NCBI GenBank assembly: GCA_963664705.1
Contig: OY761556.1
Coordinates: 1,920,001-1,984,000 of the forward strand
DNA length: 64,000 bases
Reading direction: 5' to 3'
Source of the DNA: Acidobacteriota bacterium
GTDB lineage: Bacteria > Acidobacteriota > UBA6911
The notes beneath the pieces were generated by a model. It saw only the letters and a list, made by a program, of their open reading frames with translations. It searched no databases and was not told the origin of the DNA. Shown piece by piece: positions 19,358 to 28,947 of this stretch. Every line of letters starts with the position of its first letter. Positions within the stretch are counted from its first letter, which is position 1. Position numbers and translations under genes: made by a program.

Positions 19358-19469
19358 TGTGCCCAGAAGTGTGCCCAGGCACATCGGATGATATCGAAAA
19401 ATATCAGGAAATAGCAGAGAGGTCACAGAATGCCGCTTTGTGGATTAGCGCTTTGGTATCAATATTTTG
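19358..19469 (+). promoter_or_regulatory. attR arm: tandem integrase arm-type sites plus IHF box
   Basis: TGTGCCC at 19358-19364 and 19370-19376 (same 12-bp period as at attL); TATCAAtattTTG at 19457-19469. Confidence 0.7.
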
Positions 19470-19487
19470 GGCTTCGGTGTGGACGGG

Positions 19488-19532
19488 CTTTTAAGCAGAG
19501 GGTCGTTGGTTCGAGTCCAACACGGCTCATCA
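19488..19532 (+). repeat. attR core (duplicated 3' half of tRNA-Lys)
   Basis: 45-bp exact repeat of 9646-9690; the tRNA 5' half is absent. Confidence 0.95.
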
Positions 19533-19896
19533 TGATTCCGCTCCACCTCCGAATGCCGCCGTCGTATTGCAGGATCATCTCCTTTCCAACCCTTCCGCGA
19601 ATTCCGAATAGATGAAAACCGCAGGAATTGCCAAGGCGGAATAAGAAGGCAGTATCTGACCAATCTCCGCCTGCTCATAAGAATTACGTTTTTAAGCTGC
19701 GCAGCTTGGTACGGAAAGTTTGGACGCCTTCCACTGACTGGTTTTATCGGAAGTGGCTTCTTTTTATGTTTGGCTATATTCTATTTACTTGATTAACTGC
19801 AATCTCTTCGGGTGTCCGCTTATAGGAAGTACCAGCGGCGGTGTGCGCTGCGGACATTGTGGGATTGGACCACTTAAAAACCTAATGGGAGTCACT

Positions 19897-20916
19897 ATGC
19901 CAGTTCGCCTTAATCGCAAGTCAGGTGCCCTCTCACCTTTGTTCATTTGTATGGTTATATTTTTTGCCATCGAATTCGCTCATGCTCAAGGAGGATGGAG
20001 ACTAGTCCGAACTGAAGAATTCCAATCGCCAGTCTACAACTCCGCAGCCGCCCCCACTAATATGCGCGATCCCTACTGTTCCCAGCACACGATTGATATC
20101 GGTCCCGGCCGTGACACCCGAGCCTTCAGCATCAAAGAGGTCATCCCCGGGAACTGCCATAACAGAGCCGGAAGTCGGGGGGTACAAGCATTCAGTCATC
20201 AATGGACCAACCCTCCCGCAGTATTGCCGGCAGGTCAGGTAATGCCGTTCACGCTATCTTCCAAAGTAGTAACTGTTGAGAATATATCGAATGGGCGTGG
20301 AAGTTCTGGGGTATATGCCGGTTTTCTTGACTACAACCAGCCCAATGGCCCCTATGGTCCCGGATCTAATGAACCAACTTACAAGATTGCTACCGTTGTT
20401 GCCGAAGGACCGGCAAATGCCGGAATGGTCTTCAACAATGAACGGGCCGAGAAGCCTTTCATAATGCCTCCACATCCATGGATGGGGAGTGACCGCAATA
20501 ACGGACAAGTTCGTTTTCGTATCTGGACTACGCATGTTGCCCCTTGGCGGGCAGTAGATTATATCTACAAATGGGATCCCTCCGTTTCAACCGGTGCGGC
20601 CCAATCGACAGCAAATAGCTCAGCCTGGCCGGGTCAGATTTGGAAGGTAAGGGAATCTGCTCCTGATGGCCGCTATTGTGATGGAACCTGGACTCGGATC
20701 GGCAACACGAATCGATTCTCAGGAGAGTGGACCTGCTCTTGGGGTGCAAATGTTAAAGATAATCTTACAATTCATCCTCTAAAGGGGAACCAAGTCACTG
20801 TGCTCCGCGAAAGTCTGGGCGAAAACTATCGGGGTACCTTATCGGTTGATGGCAGTACCATTGATGGGACCACGTGGGGGGCCGGCGGAAAATGGAAAGT
20901 CCAGATTCAAAAATAA
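19897..20916 (+). CDS. Exported hypothetical protein
   Basis: Signal peptide ending AHA-Q; Gly/Trp-rich beta-type C-terminal domain. Confidence 0.75.
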   Translation: MPVRLNRKSGALSPLFICMVIFFAIEFAHAQGGWRLVRTEEFQSPVYNSAAAPTNMRDPYCSQHTIDIGPGRDTRAFSIKEVIPGNCHNRAGSRGVQAFSHQWTNPPAVLPAGQVMPFTLSSKVVTVENISNGRGSSGVYAGFLDYNQPNGPYGPGSNEPTYKIATVVAEGPANAGMVFNNERAEKPFIMPPHPWMGSDRNNGQVRFRIWTTHVAPWRAVDYIYKWDPSVSTGAAQSTANSSAWPGQIWKVRESAPDGRYCDGTWTRIGNTNRFSGEWTCSWGANVKDNLTIHPLKGNQVTVLRESLGENYRGTLSVDGSTIDGTTWGAGGKWKVQIQK

Positions 20917-21021
20917 TAATAGGCCTGATTCGGGGCTAGTATTACTAGCGGAACAAGGCGGCTAATCCGGAATGGGATTCCAGCCGATTCTACTCCGTCC
21001 CCAACAGGGGCCATTGCGGAG

Positions 21022-21246
21022 ATGGAGGACTGGAATTATTCGACATGCGAACCCCTCTGGTGGACTTGGGTTGAAACGGGTAAAGCACCGGGCGGAATTG
21101 TCGCGCACGACTGGGCGGGACAGTTCCCCCGCCGCCCGCTTTGCCCATGGCCGAGCTATGCGCTTTATACGGGTAGCGGCGATACCAAAGATGCCGCCAA
21201 TTTCGAGTGCCGAAATGACCCGTCAGCAGTATCATCCGACTGCTGA
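21022..21246 (+). pseudogene. C-terminal fragment of a tannase/feruloyl esterase
   Basis: L..WVETGKAP..I...RPLCPWPSYALYTGSGDTKDAANFEC is the typical tannase C-terminus; no catalytic N-terminal part upstream. Confidence 0.75.
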
Positions 21247-21471
21247 TCCTATCGTACCCTCGTCGATAGGTTGCCAGAGAAAACTCAAGAAAACGAGCGC
21301 GCCGCGGCACGTTTGTTTTGAGAAAAAGCCATTCTCCGTGTTCTCCGTGGCCTGTTCGTTTAAACGCTGCCGATTAATCAAAATTCGCGCTATTTTGCGA
21401 TGAGGTTGAGGCTTAGAATAGAGCTTCTGAAACCACCTGTGATGCAGCATCAACGGAGAGGGGTCAAAATT

Positions 21472-22794
21472 ATGCGGTGGATGCGATTCTGTTTGCTCGT
21501 CCTGTTGTGTGTCCTTGGTGTAACTGCCTGGGCTGATGATTGGCCGCAATGGTTGGGAGCGCAACGAGACAGCGTCTGGCGCGAAGATGGAATTGTGCAG
21601 CGAATTCCGGAGAAGGGGCTCCCAGTTCTTTGGCGAACAAAGATTGGCCTTGGTTACGCGGGGCCCGCTGTGGCGGATGGACGCGTCTACGTGATGGACT
21701 ATTTGTTGAAATCGGGGAAGGTTACTAACAACCCGGATGTTCGCGATAAGACGACGGGCAAAGAACGGGTGCTTTGTCTCCAGGCCGCGACTGGAAAGAT
21801 TTTGTGGAAGCATGAGTATGACCGCTCTTACAACCTGTCGTTCGCCGGCGGCCCAAGGACTACGCCTACGGTTGTGGACGGGAAGGTATACGCTCTGGGG
21901 GCGGAAGGGAACCTATGGTGCCTCGATGCTCGCACCGGCAAGGTGATTTGGAGCGTTGACTATGTCAAGGATTATGGCGCCAAGGCTCCGATATGGGGCT
22001 TTGCCTCTCATCCCCTGGTAGATGGTGATCTGCTTTACTGTGTCGTGGGCGGTGAAGGTTCGGTTGCCGTTGCTTTCAACAAGAATACGGGCAAAGAAGT
22101 CTGGCGAGCGCTTTCGGCGCGCGAGCCGGGTTACTGTGCTCCATCGATTATCGAGCACGCCGGTGTTCGGCAGTTGTTGATCTGGCACGCTGATTCACTC
22201 AACAGCCTTGACCTAAAGACAGGCAAAGTCTACTGGACGGTCGCGGTAAAGCCGTATGTCGGAATGGCAATCGCCGTGCCTCGAAAGTGGGAATCTTTTC
22301 TCCTGGCATCGAATTTCGGTGTGGCGGCTTTGTTGAAGCTGGATGATGTCAAACCTGGTGCCGAGATTCAATGGCGGGGCGAGCCCAAAAACGCGATCTA
22401 TTCGGCGAACGTCACGCCGTTCATCGAGGATGGCACGATCTACGGTTGCGACATTGAAACCGGGGCGCTGATGGGCGTCGATCTGAGAGATGGGACGCGC
22501 CTATGGCAAACCACGGCGGCGACCTTTGGGGGGCCTGGACGAGCTCGCTACGGAACGGCATTTGTCGTGAAGAATGGCAACCGTTTCGTTTTGTTTAACG
22601 AGAAGGGGGATCTGATTCTGGCCAACCTGACGCGAAAGGGCTATGAGGAACTTGGACGTCAGCATGTGCTGGAGCCGACCAACGTGGTATTCGATCGCCC
22701 TGTTGTCTGGAGCCATCCGGCATTTGCCAATCGTTGCCTCTACGCTCGCAACGACAAAGAGCTGGTCTGCGTTTCAATGGCCGGCGTGAAATGA
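21472..22794 (+). CDS. PQQ-binding-like beta-propeller repeat protein
   Basis: Signal peptide, ADDWPQWLG, repeated CLDA.TGK..W units, WSHPAFAN..LYARN. Confidence 0.9.
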   Translation: MRWMRFCLLVLLCVLGVTAWADDWPQWLGAQRDSVWREDGIVQRIPEKGLPVLWRTKIGLGYAGPAVADGRVYVMDYLLKSGKVTNNPDVRDKTTGKERVLCLQAATGKILWKHEYDRSYNLSFAGGPRTTPTVVDGKVYALGAEGNLWCLDARTGKVIWSVDYVKDYGAKAPIWGFASHPLVDGDLLYCVVGGEGSVAVAFNKNTGKEVWRALSAREPGYCAPSIIEHAGVRQLLIWHADSLNSLDLKTGKVYWTVAVKPYVGMAIAVPRKWESFLLASNFGVAALLKLDDVKPGAEIQWRGEPKNAIYSANVTPFIEDGTIYGCDIETGALMGVDLRDGTRLWQTTAATFGGPGRARYGTAFVVKNGNRFVLFNEKGDLILANLTRKGYEELGRQHVLEPTNVVFDRPVVWSHPAFANRCLYARNDKELVCVSMAGVK

Positions 22795-22972
22795 CCTAGA
22801 GTGGCAGCGCGGTCCCCTCAGTACGCATGGCGGGCAAAACTTTGAAGCAACCCGGAAGAAGCGAGGTCGTCCAAAGTAATAGCCAGCCGTTTAGCATCAG
22901 CCGGGACCGCCAATCCACACCCTTAAACCTGCACGCCGTCCACAGATACGATCGGTTGAACGCCCGCTCAGC

Positions 22973-23989
22973 TCAGTTTTCGGTCGGCTCTTTCTCTGCG
23001 CTGTCGACGACAATTGTGTCCGTGGGAACTTTTCGGGCATCGAGGCTCAATCCGAGTTGCTTGACGGACTGAAATATTGACCCGCCGCTCGGATCCGATG
23101 CCGCACCTCCCGCGAGGCCGTTCGAAGGAGCTGCGCCGCCGCCGAGAGCACCCGCATATTCCGGCATCAGTTTCTTCGTCATATTCACAAGTTCCTGGAC
23201 AGGGAGCTCCAGTACAACCTTGTAATTGCCCTTCAGTTCAGTCAGGTCAACGACCTGGCGATCGGTAAACTGGCTCAAGACTTCGGCAAAATCGGACATG
23301 CTCATCTTTGGCATTTCCCATCGTACGAATGGATTCTCACCGGTCATTATTACCTGCATCTTGCCGGCTTTGCCCATGTCCATGGATACGCCGCTGCTTT
23401 CGCGTTTCATGTTTAGCGTCATTTCCCCGGCAGGGGTGTTGGGCGACGTTTCTTCTTTTTTGCCATCTTCTTTTTCTGTCGCTTTCGCAGCGCCGGCATT
23501 GGGAGCCGTAGCGGATGGTTCCTCTTCCGCCTCCTTGATCTTCAGCCCTGCTTTCGCAACGGTGAGCGCGTAAACCGATTGTTCTCTGTTTTCTCGATGA
23601 AAAGTTAGCTTGAACCTTTCAGCAAGAAGAGACTGCAGCATTTCGTTGATCTGTTCCTTTTTGCTGCCGGGCGGGAGCTTTGCGTGAATTTCCCAAAGTG
23701 TGGATTTCATCCACTCCGGACCCGCAATCTGATGAGGCTTCAGTTTGTAGGCCATCGCGATCATGCTGCTCAGCGACATGAACTTCATATCAAACTGGGC
23801 TGCATCCATTCTTATTCCAAGGTCAATCTTGCCGGATGCCGCTTGCGTGGCAAGGCTGGAAAGTGGCGGCGAGGGCTTAATTGTTGCCACCTCAAAAGCC
23901 AGTTTGGCGGGAGTCTGTTGCGCGCAAAGTGATGCATGAAAGGCTAATAGTATAATGAAGCTGGTACACACAAAACGAAACGGATTCAT
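22973..23989 (-). CDS. TIGR03435/DUF3738-family Acidobacterial exported protein
   Basis: FEVATIKPS, GPEW, MLQSLLAERFKL.FHRE, VVDLTELKG.Y, QLGL.L, EKEPTEN. Confidence 0.9.
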   Translation of the reverse strand: MNPFRFVCTSFIILLAFHASLCAQQTPAKLAFEVATIKPSPPLSSLATQAASGKIDLGIRMDAAQFDMKFMSLSSMIAMAYKLKPHQIAGPEWMKSTLWEIHAKLPPGSKKEQINEMLQSLLAERFKLTFHRENREQSVYALTVAKAGLKIKEAEEEPSATAPNAGAAKATEKEDGKKEETSPNTPAGEMTLNMKRESSGVSMDMGKAGKMQVIMTGENPFVRWEMPKMSMSDFAEVLSQFTDRQVVDLTELKGNYKVVLELPVQELVNMTKKLMPEYAGALGGGAAPSNGLAGGAASDPSGGSIFQSVKQLGLSLDARKVPTDTIVVDSAEKEPTEN

Positions 23990-24235
23990 CCTTAAACTCC
24001 TGTCTTACGGCATCAGAACCACGGGCGCCCGCCAAAATTCCGGCCTCTGGCCTGATGGGTCGATAATGCTTACCAGCCAATTGTATGGGTCCGGCGCAGG
24101 ATTTCCCAGAAAAAGAATGAATTTACAGAGGCGTGGTTTTGAGTTCGTGTGCTGAGAGACCGTAAAGCTGGCAGACCCCATCCCTTTGAATGCCGGGACG
24201 CATTCTGTTCGAAGCATATCCTCTCAGGTAAACCC

Positions 24236-25333
24236 TTAATTGATTGCGGTCATGGTGAATTGACCCGTTCCGCCATTTCCGGGCGGGTCAAGATTCCACA
24301 GCTTGATCGTTCCGGTCAGACTGCTGGCCGAAAAGGAAAAGGGATTCACCGTCAGGCATTCAAATATCGGCTTATCCAGGTCATCGAGCGTATGAATATG
24401 GATTTCCAGCACATTCCCAATAAGAGTGCCGGTGACATAAGTCGGGTCCCCGGAAACCGTCTGCCCGTTATGCGTCAGGCTGAGTGCACGCACCTCGGCT
24501 ACCGTTCCACTGATCCGGATATTCAGACTGGCTACAATGGTCAGCCCTGGAAAATCAATCTTCAGATTATAGGCTTTGACCGCAGGAGTCATGGGAAGGG
24601 ATGAAAACTGCCCGCCCGTGTCAGTGAGTGCCGTTCCTATAATGGGCACATCGGACTGTATGTCCACACGACCGCCGCCTGTCATCTGCACCCCTGGGAA
24701 ATACTGCCATAGATATTTGGGAATCTGCTGGCTCGGCTGCAAAAGAAGTGGGGATACCAGTGTGCCCAAAAGCTCATTTGTCGAGGAATAGAGCTTCATC
24801 TGTACTGTCGCCGCGGTAGAGGCTGCATTGGCCAGAGCTAGGGCCAGGGAGGAAAAACTGTCAAACGGGATGACAGTCAAGTAGGTCTGAACCGAGGGCA
24901 GAACTCCGATGCTATCCATCAATTGTCCCCCGGATTTGATGTAGTAGGTAAGGGTCCCTTCGATGAAACTGGTTTCCTCTGAATTGCTAGACCTTATGGT
25001 ACCGAAACCCGTTTCCGTTGAGCCGGACCCGATAATTCGGAGAGTCCTGGTTTCACCGGGTCCAAGAGAAATGCTCAGTTTTCCATCGGTGACCACACTG
25101 CCGCTGATCGCCGGGCTCCATGGTTGTCCTGCAGTCTGTTCGGAACTGCGAAACAGGCTGAGTAAGCCCTGGTAAGTGGTTGTTCCACGATTGGTAACAT
25201 TCACAACCGTCTCCAGTCCGCCTCCGGCAGCAATTTGCGCGAAGGCAATTTCCCTGGCAACGGTGGGAAACTGCGCAAAACCTCCTGCGGAAACAAGCAA
25301 AAGCCACAGAAGCAAAGCAATTGAATTCCTCAT
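24236..25333 (-). CDS. Exported hypothetical protein
   Basis: Signal peptide; FAQIAAGGG..T.....N motif; beta-rich. Confidence 0.75.
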   Translation of the reverse strand: MRNSIALLLWLLLVSAGGFAQFPTVAREIAFAQIAAGGGLETVVNVTNRGTTTYQGLLSLFRSSEQTAGQPWSPAISGSVVTDGKLSISLGPGETRTLRIIGSGSTETGFGTIRSSNSEETSFIEGTLTYYIKSGGQLMDSIGVLPSVQTYLTVIPFDSFSSLALALANAASTAATVQMKLYSSTNELLGTLVSPLLLQPSQQIPKYLWQYFPGVQMTGGGRVDIQSDVPIIGTALTDTGGQFSSLPMTPAVKAYNLKIDFPGLTIVASLNIRISGTVAEVRALSLTHNGQTVSGDPTYVTGTLIGNVLEIHIHTLDDLDKPIFECLTVNPFSFSASSLTGTIKLWNLDPPGNGGTGQFTMTAIN

Positions 25334-25791
25334 ATACCTTTCTCCTTTTGCAGGATATTGGACGATTGGCGCCGGCCGACTTGCACCGTGCGCTGAAGAG
25401 ATTCAAAGGCACTTCGCTCAAAACAAATTCACAAGAGGAGGGGGTCGTCAGTAGCTCAGGAATCGGAGTGGCACGTTGATAATGCTGAGTAATGGTTTTG
25501 TGCGTGCATTAGGAAATTTGAAATATTTTCCGCTTCCAATGGGAAAGAGTCAAGCCATTTTCCGAATACCAGGCACGCCAGACGGATGTGCACACATCAG
25601 TTCCAAATAGGATGGTTCGGGGATACTACAAGAAGTTCACCAAATGAGTCTGAAGATTCCTTATTGGTAATTCAGGCGCCACAGATGTAGCCGGTGCGGT
25701 TATTGCGTTAATCAATAGATTCCGTCATTCCAGTCTGATAGGCTGCCTGCTTTTTGCCATCATTGTTTTTTAAGGGGACTGGATCCTGGTC

Positions 25792-26460
25792 ATGAATAGC
25801 ATTAGAGCTGTCGCCTTCGATTTGGACGGATTGCTTCTCGACACCGAGACCGTAGCGTTGGAAACATTTGTTGAAGCCTGCCGGGCAAATCATTTTGAGC
25901 CGGATATAGAGATCTATTCCCGCTGCATCGGAACAACATATTCTGATGTGGAGACCATACTCAAGACCGGATACGGCAAAGATTTTCCCTATGATGCAGT
26001 CATGGCACTCTGGAACAGGCGGTATGCCGAAGAAGCGCTGCAAAAACCCGTTCCGCTGAAGGCAGGAGCGGTGAACCTGCTTCAACGACTGGAAGATCTC
26101 CAAATTCCGAAGGCTGTGGTCACCTCGTCAAAAACCGCCAGCGCGAAACAGAAGCTGCGTAATGCCGGGATCCTCGACTTTTTCCAGGTCATTGTTTGTG
26201 GCGATCAGATCTCCCGGGGCAAGCCGGATCCGGAGATATATCGAACTGCTGCTCATAAACTGGGAGAAGATCCGACCGCCTGTGTAGCACTGGAGGATTC
26301 TGACAACGGTGTCCGTTCAGCCGTGCAGGCAGGCTTTATTGTGGTGCAAATACCGGATATAAAGGAGCCTTCCGCGCAGGTGAAAAACTTGGGACACAGA
26401 ATTGCGCTCTCTCTGGCCGAGGCACAGACCATCCTGCTGGACCTATTATCGATCCGCTGA
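25792..26460 (+). CDS. HAD-family phosphatase (beta-PGM-like)
   Basis: FDLDGLLLDTE, VVTSS, GKPDPEIY, LEDSDNG. Confidence 0.93.
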   Translation: MNSIRAVAFDLDGLLLDTETVALETFVEACRANHFEPDIEIYSRCIGTTYSDVETILKTGYGKDFPYDAVMALWNRRYAEEALQKPVPLKAGAVNLLQRLEDLQIPKAVVTSSKTASAKQKLRNAGILDFFQVIVCGDQISRGKPDPEIYRTAAHKLGEDPTACVALEDSDNGVRSAVQAGFIVVQIPDIKEPSAQVKNLGHRIALSLAEAQTILLDLLSIR

Positions 26461-26470
26461 TGCCGGCCGT

Positions 26471-26496
26471 GAAGTGCGGCGGCTTGCCACCGCTCT
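26471..26496 (+). repeat. REP-like palindrome
   Basis: gaagtgcggcggcttgccaccgctct, similar to 40125-40150. Confidence 0.6.
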
Positions 26497-26578
26497 AAAG
26501 GACTTCGCCCTTTGACAAAAAACTGTGGTATTAGGCCCGGAACCGTGACGCTTTCAGGAGGGATCTCCCCACGCTTTT

Positions 26579-27145
26579 TCAGTTCTTGGACTCGGGATTG
26601 TAGTATTCATCAATATCCACCCATCCGACAAACCCTTTGGGCGGATAGGGAGATTGCACGCGCGTAATGCACTGGGTCGCTCCCGGCATTCCTCCTCCGC
26701 CTGCCAGCAATGAACAGTAGCCATCATAGACATCGAGAATAATGCCGACATGCCGGAACGGAATTTTCACAACAAACAAATCACCACTGTTGGGGGACAG
26801 GTCTGCATCTCCAGCGGAGTGCCACCCCTTTCCTCTTTTTGTGACTTCGAGGTTATAGGGGCTTAGCGTGAATTTGTTTTCACCTTTGCGTCTACAGAGC
26901 TTCGCATCGCAGATCCGGCTGTGAATATTCTGGATAAAATCGACGCAGGTGGAGTATCCCGGATGGGTTTCCCACCATGTCATCCACTCATCAGCCGTTT
27001 TATTGGTAAACTGGCTGAACTTTGTCTCACGCAGCCCAACCTTCATTCCATCATTTGGGAAATTCAAATCCAGCAGGCGATTCACAAAATTGCGAACATC
27101 CGTGTAATAGGGATTTTCGATATATTCAGTAGCATCATCCGCCAT
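26579..27145 (-). CDS. Hypothetical protein, possible CHAP/NlpC-P60-like Cys-His hydrolase
   Basis: STCVDF (Cys), P.SGDLF, RHVGII (His), C-terminal GWVDID. Confidence 0.6.
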   Translation of the reverse strand: MADDATEYIENPYYTDVRNFVNRLLDLNFPNDGMKVGLRETKFSQFTNKTADEWMTWWETHPGYSTCVDFIQNIHSRICDAKLCRRKGENKFTLSPYNLEVTKRGKGWHSAGDADLSPNSGDLFVVKIPFRHVGIILDVYDGYCSLLAGGGGMPGATQCITRVQSPYPPKGFVGWVDIDEYYNPESKN

Positions 27146-27334
27146 AGAATCCTCGCAAAGTGAAGGTGTTGATGATCTGATACTACAGTATTGTCACTGG
27201 CAACGTCATAAATTTCCTTATGGGCCACACCCGGGAAAATAGCCGAAAACCTTCTTTCGCGACACGGATGATTGGAGCGTATATTATTTGGTGCGAATTC
27301 GAAGAGGGCGGATGAATGGATGGAGATTGAGCCT

Positions 27335-28030
27335 ATGATACCCAAAGGGGTGTTGATTGATTGCGGAGGAACTCTTCTGGATGAAATATCCTACAATCTC
27401 CCGGCCGGGGATGCGTGGATGCTGTGCCATTCCCTGCAAAATCCCTCAAATATTGATCTCAAGCAAATCTCCGAACGCCGTGCCTTTATTGAAAGGGAAG
27501 TCGTTGTCCGCCGCGATCAATGTCGGATCGAGACGCCATGGACCGTCATCACAAGGCTGGTTTACGACTATTTCAACATTCAGCTCGGGACGGACTGGGA
27601 AAATCTGGAACTGGAATTCTAGAAGGCATCGATGACGACGCGGGCGATGAGCGGAGCAGCCGAAACGCTTGCCGAGCTTTGTCGTCAGAACATACCGGTG
27701 GGAGTACTCAGCAACTCCATTTATCGACCGGCTGTGCTTACTTATGAACTTGAGAAGCAGGGGCTGGCCGAACACCTGCAGTTTGTGATGTCTTCCGCCG
27801 AGCATGGTATTCGCAAACCGGATCCGCTGCTCTTTGAGCTTGCGGCAAAGAAGCTGGGTCGAAAATCCGACGATATATGGTTTGTCGGGGATAAAGCGGA
27901 GATCGATGTAAATGGCGCCAAATCAGCAGGCATGATCCCTGTATGGTTTCAGCCGGACGCTACCTCTCCGCTACCATGCGCTGGTATTACTGGCTGGCAT
28001 GAATTTCTTTCGCTGTTCTTGAATGGATAG
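27335..28030 (+). pseudogene. HAD-family hydrolase interrupted by an in-frame TAG (27620-27622)
   Basis: LIDCGGTLLD...LELEF*KASMTT...VLSN...RKPDP..F...VGD....DVNGA..AG, all in one frame. Confidence 0.8.
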
Positions 28031-28110
28031 GGGGATTTCCGATCCAGGGTTCCGGATGGAACTGGAATCCTGAATCGGAAATCATCTCCCTTTTCCCGTG
28101 AGAAAGATTG

Positions 28111-28806
28111 CTATTTCGCGGAAGTGTTTTTGGGCGATTTCTTATTTAGCAGCGAAATAAGGGAGCTTCCGGCAGGAGGGGTTTTGACCGCGCCTTTTTG
28201 GATGATATCCTCGGCATCGAGCTTCTTGCCATAGAGATTCTCATTCGCACCGCCGTCGGAACGCAGTGTCGAGCCTTCGAGAGACACCCCGGCAAAAAGA
28301 CCACGGGACCGCGAATAGCTCAAAAGTTCTGCTTTCATGACAACATCGGTGGAAGCGGATGCGGTTCGCCCTTTGGGTCCGGCCGCTGCTGCGGCATCCG
28401 CGCCCAACTTCACTTTGCTGTTCAGAATAGAAGTGGCGCCCTTCGAGTTCATCACGAGAATTACAAAGTCTGTGGCGTTGGCGCCCAGCTGAATACCGAT
28501 ATTACCCCCTTCCAGCGCATACATAGCCGGTGCGCCCCAGGGTCCTGAATAATCTGCGCCGCTGCGGCATACCAGGGCTCCGCGGCCATAGCTGCCGCCA
28601 ATGCCAATGGCGATTTTTTTTACGGAAGGGAAGATAAGAACGCATTCTGCTTTATCCAGAAGTTCCTGCGGTATACCGTCAGGGATGCCCAATATTTCGG
28701 TCATCACCTCGCCGCACTGTTTCAGCCTGTTTTGTTCCTTTTCCTGTCCCCACCCCGTCATGCATACCAGTGCGACAGAAAGCACGCACATCCATACTGT
28801 TCTCAT
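28111..28806 (-). CDS. Lipid-binding SYLF (YSC84-like) domain protein
   Basis: IP.ELLDKA.C...FP, GG.YGRG, SYSRSRGLFAGVSLEG. Confidence 0.92.
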   Translation of the reverse strand: MRTVWMCVLSVALVCMTGWGQEKEQNRLKQCGEVMTEILGIPDGIPQELLDKAECVLIFPSVKKIAIGIGGSYGRGALVCRSGADYSGPWGAPAMYALEGGNIGIQLGANATDFVILVMNSKGATSILNSKVKLGADAAAAAGPKGRTASASTDVVMKAELLSYSRSRGLFAGVSLEGSTLRSDGGANENLYGKKLDAEDIIQKGAVKTPPAGSSLISLLNKKSPKNTSAK

Positions 28807-28947
28807 GTTCATCTCCTTGAAATAGGGCAAAAACATATAACAACTATACGCCTACCGGCAGGAACAGTCATCCTATTCGCCCCCATATTTGAATGGGTAT
28901 TTCTGCGCATTGCCATTCATTTCATGAAATATCACCATAGTCAGAGG

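Larger units (their letters stand above)
9646..19532. mobile_element. tRNA-Lys-integrated phage-satellite (PICI-like) element, ~9.9 kb
   Basis: 45-bp terminal direct repeats; integrase, capsid, helicase, Xis-like and XRE genes; arm and IHF sites at both ends. Confidence 0.9.

Noticed and set aside
19488-19532. Second tRNA-Lys gene
   Set aside because: Only the anticodon loop to 3' end is present; the 5' acceptor strand and D arm are missing, so it is attR.
9646-19532. Complete prophage or encapsulin locus
   Set aside because: Too small, with no recognisable terminase, portal, tail or lysis genes. The capsid has an HK97 delta domain and sits with int/xis/rep rather than with a cargo enzyme.
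15591-27622. Stop-codon reassignment explaining the two in-frame stops
   Set aside because: The stops differ (TAA versus TAG), and both codons terminate many ordinary genes in the window.
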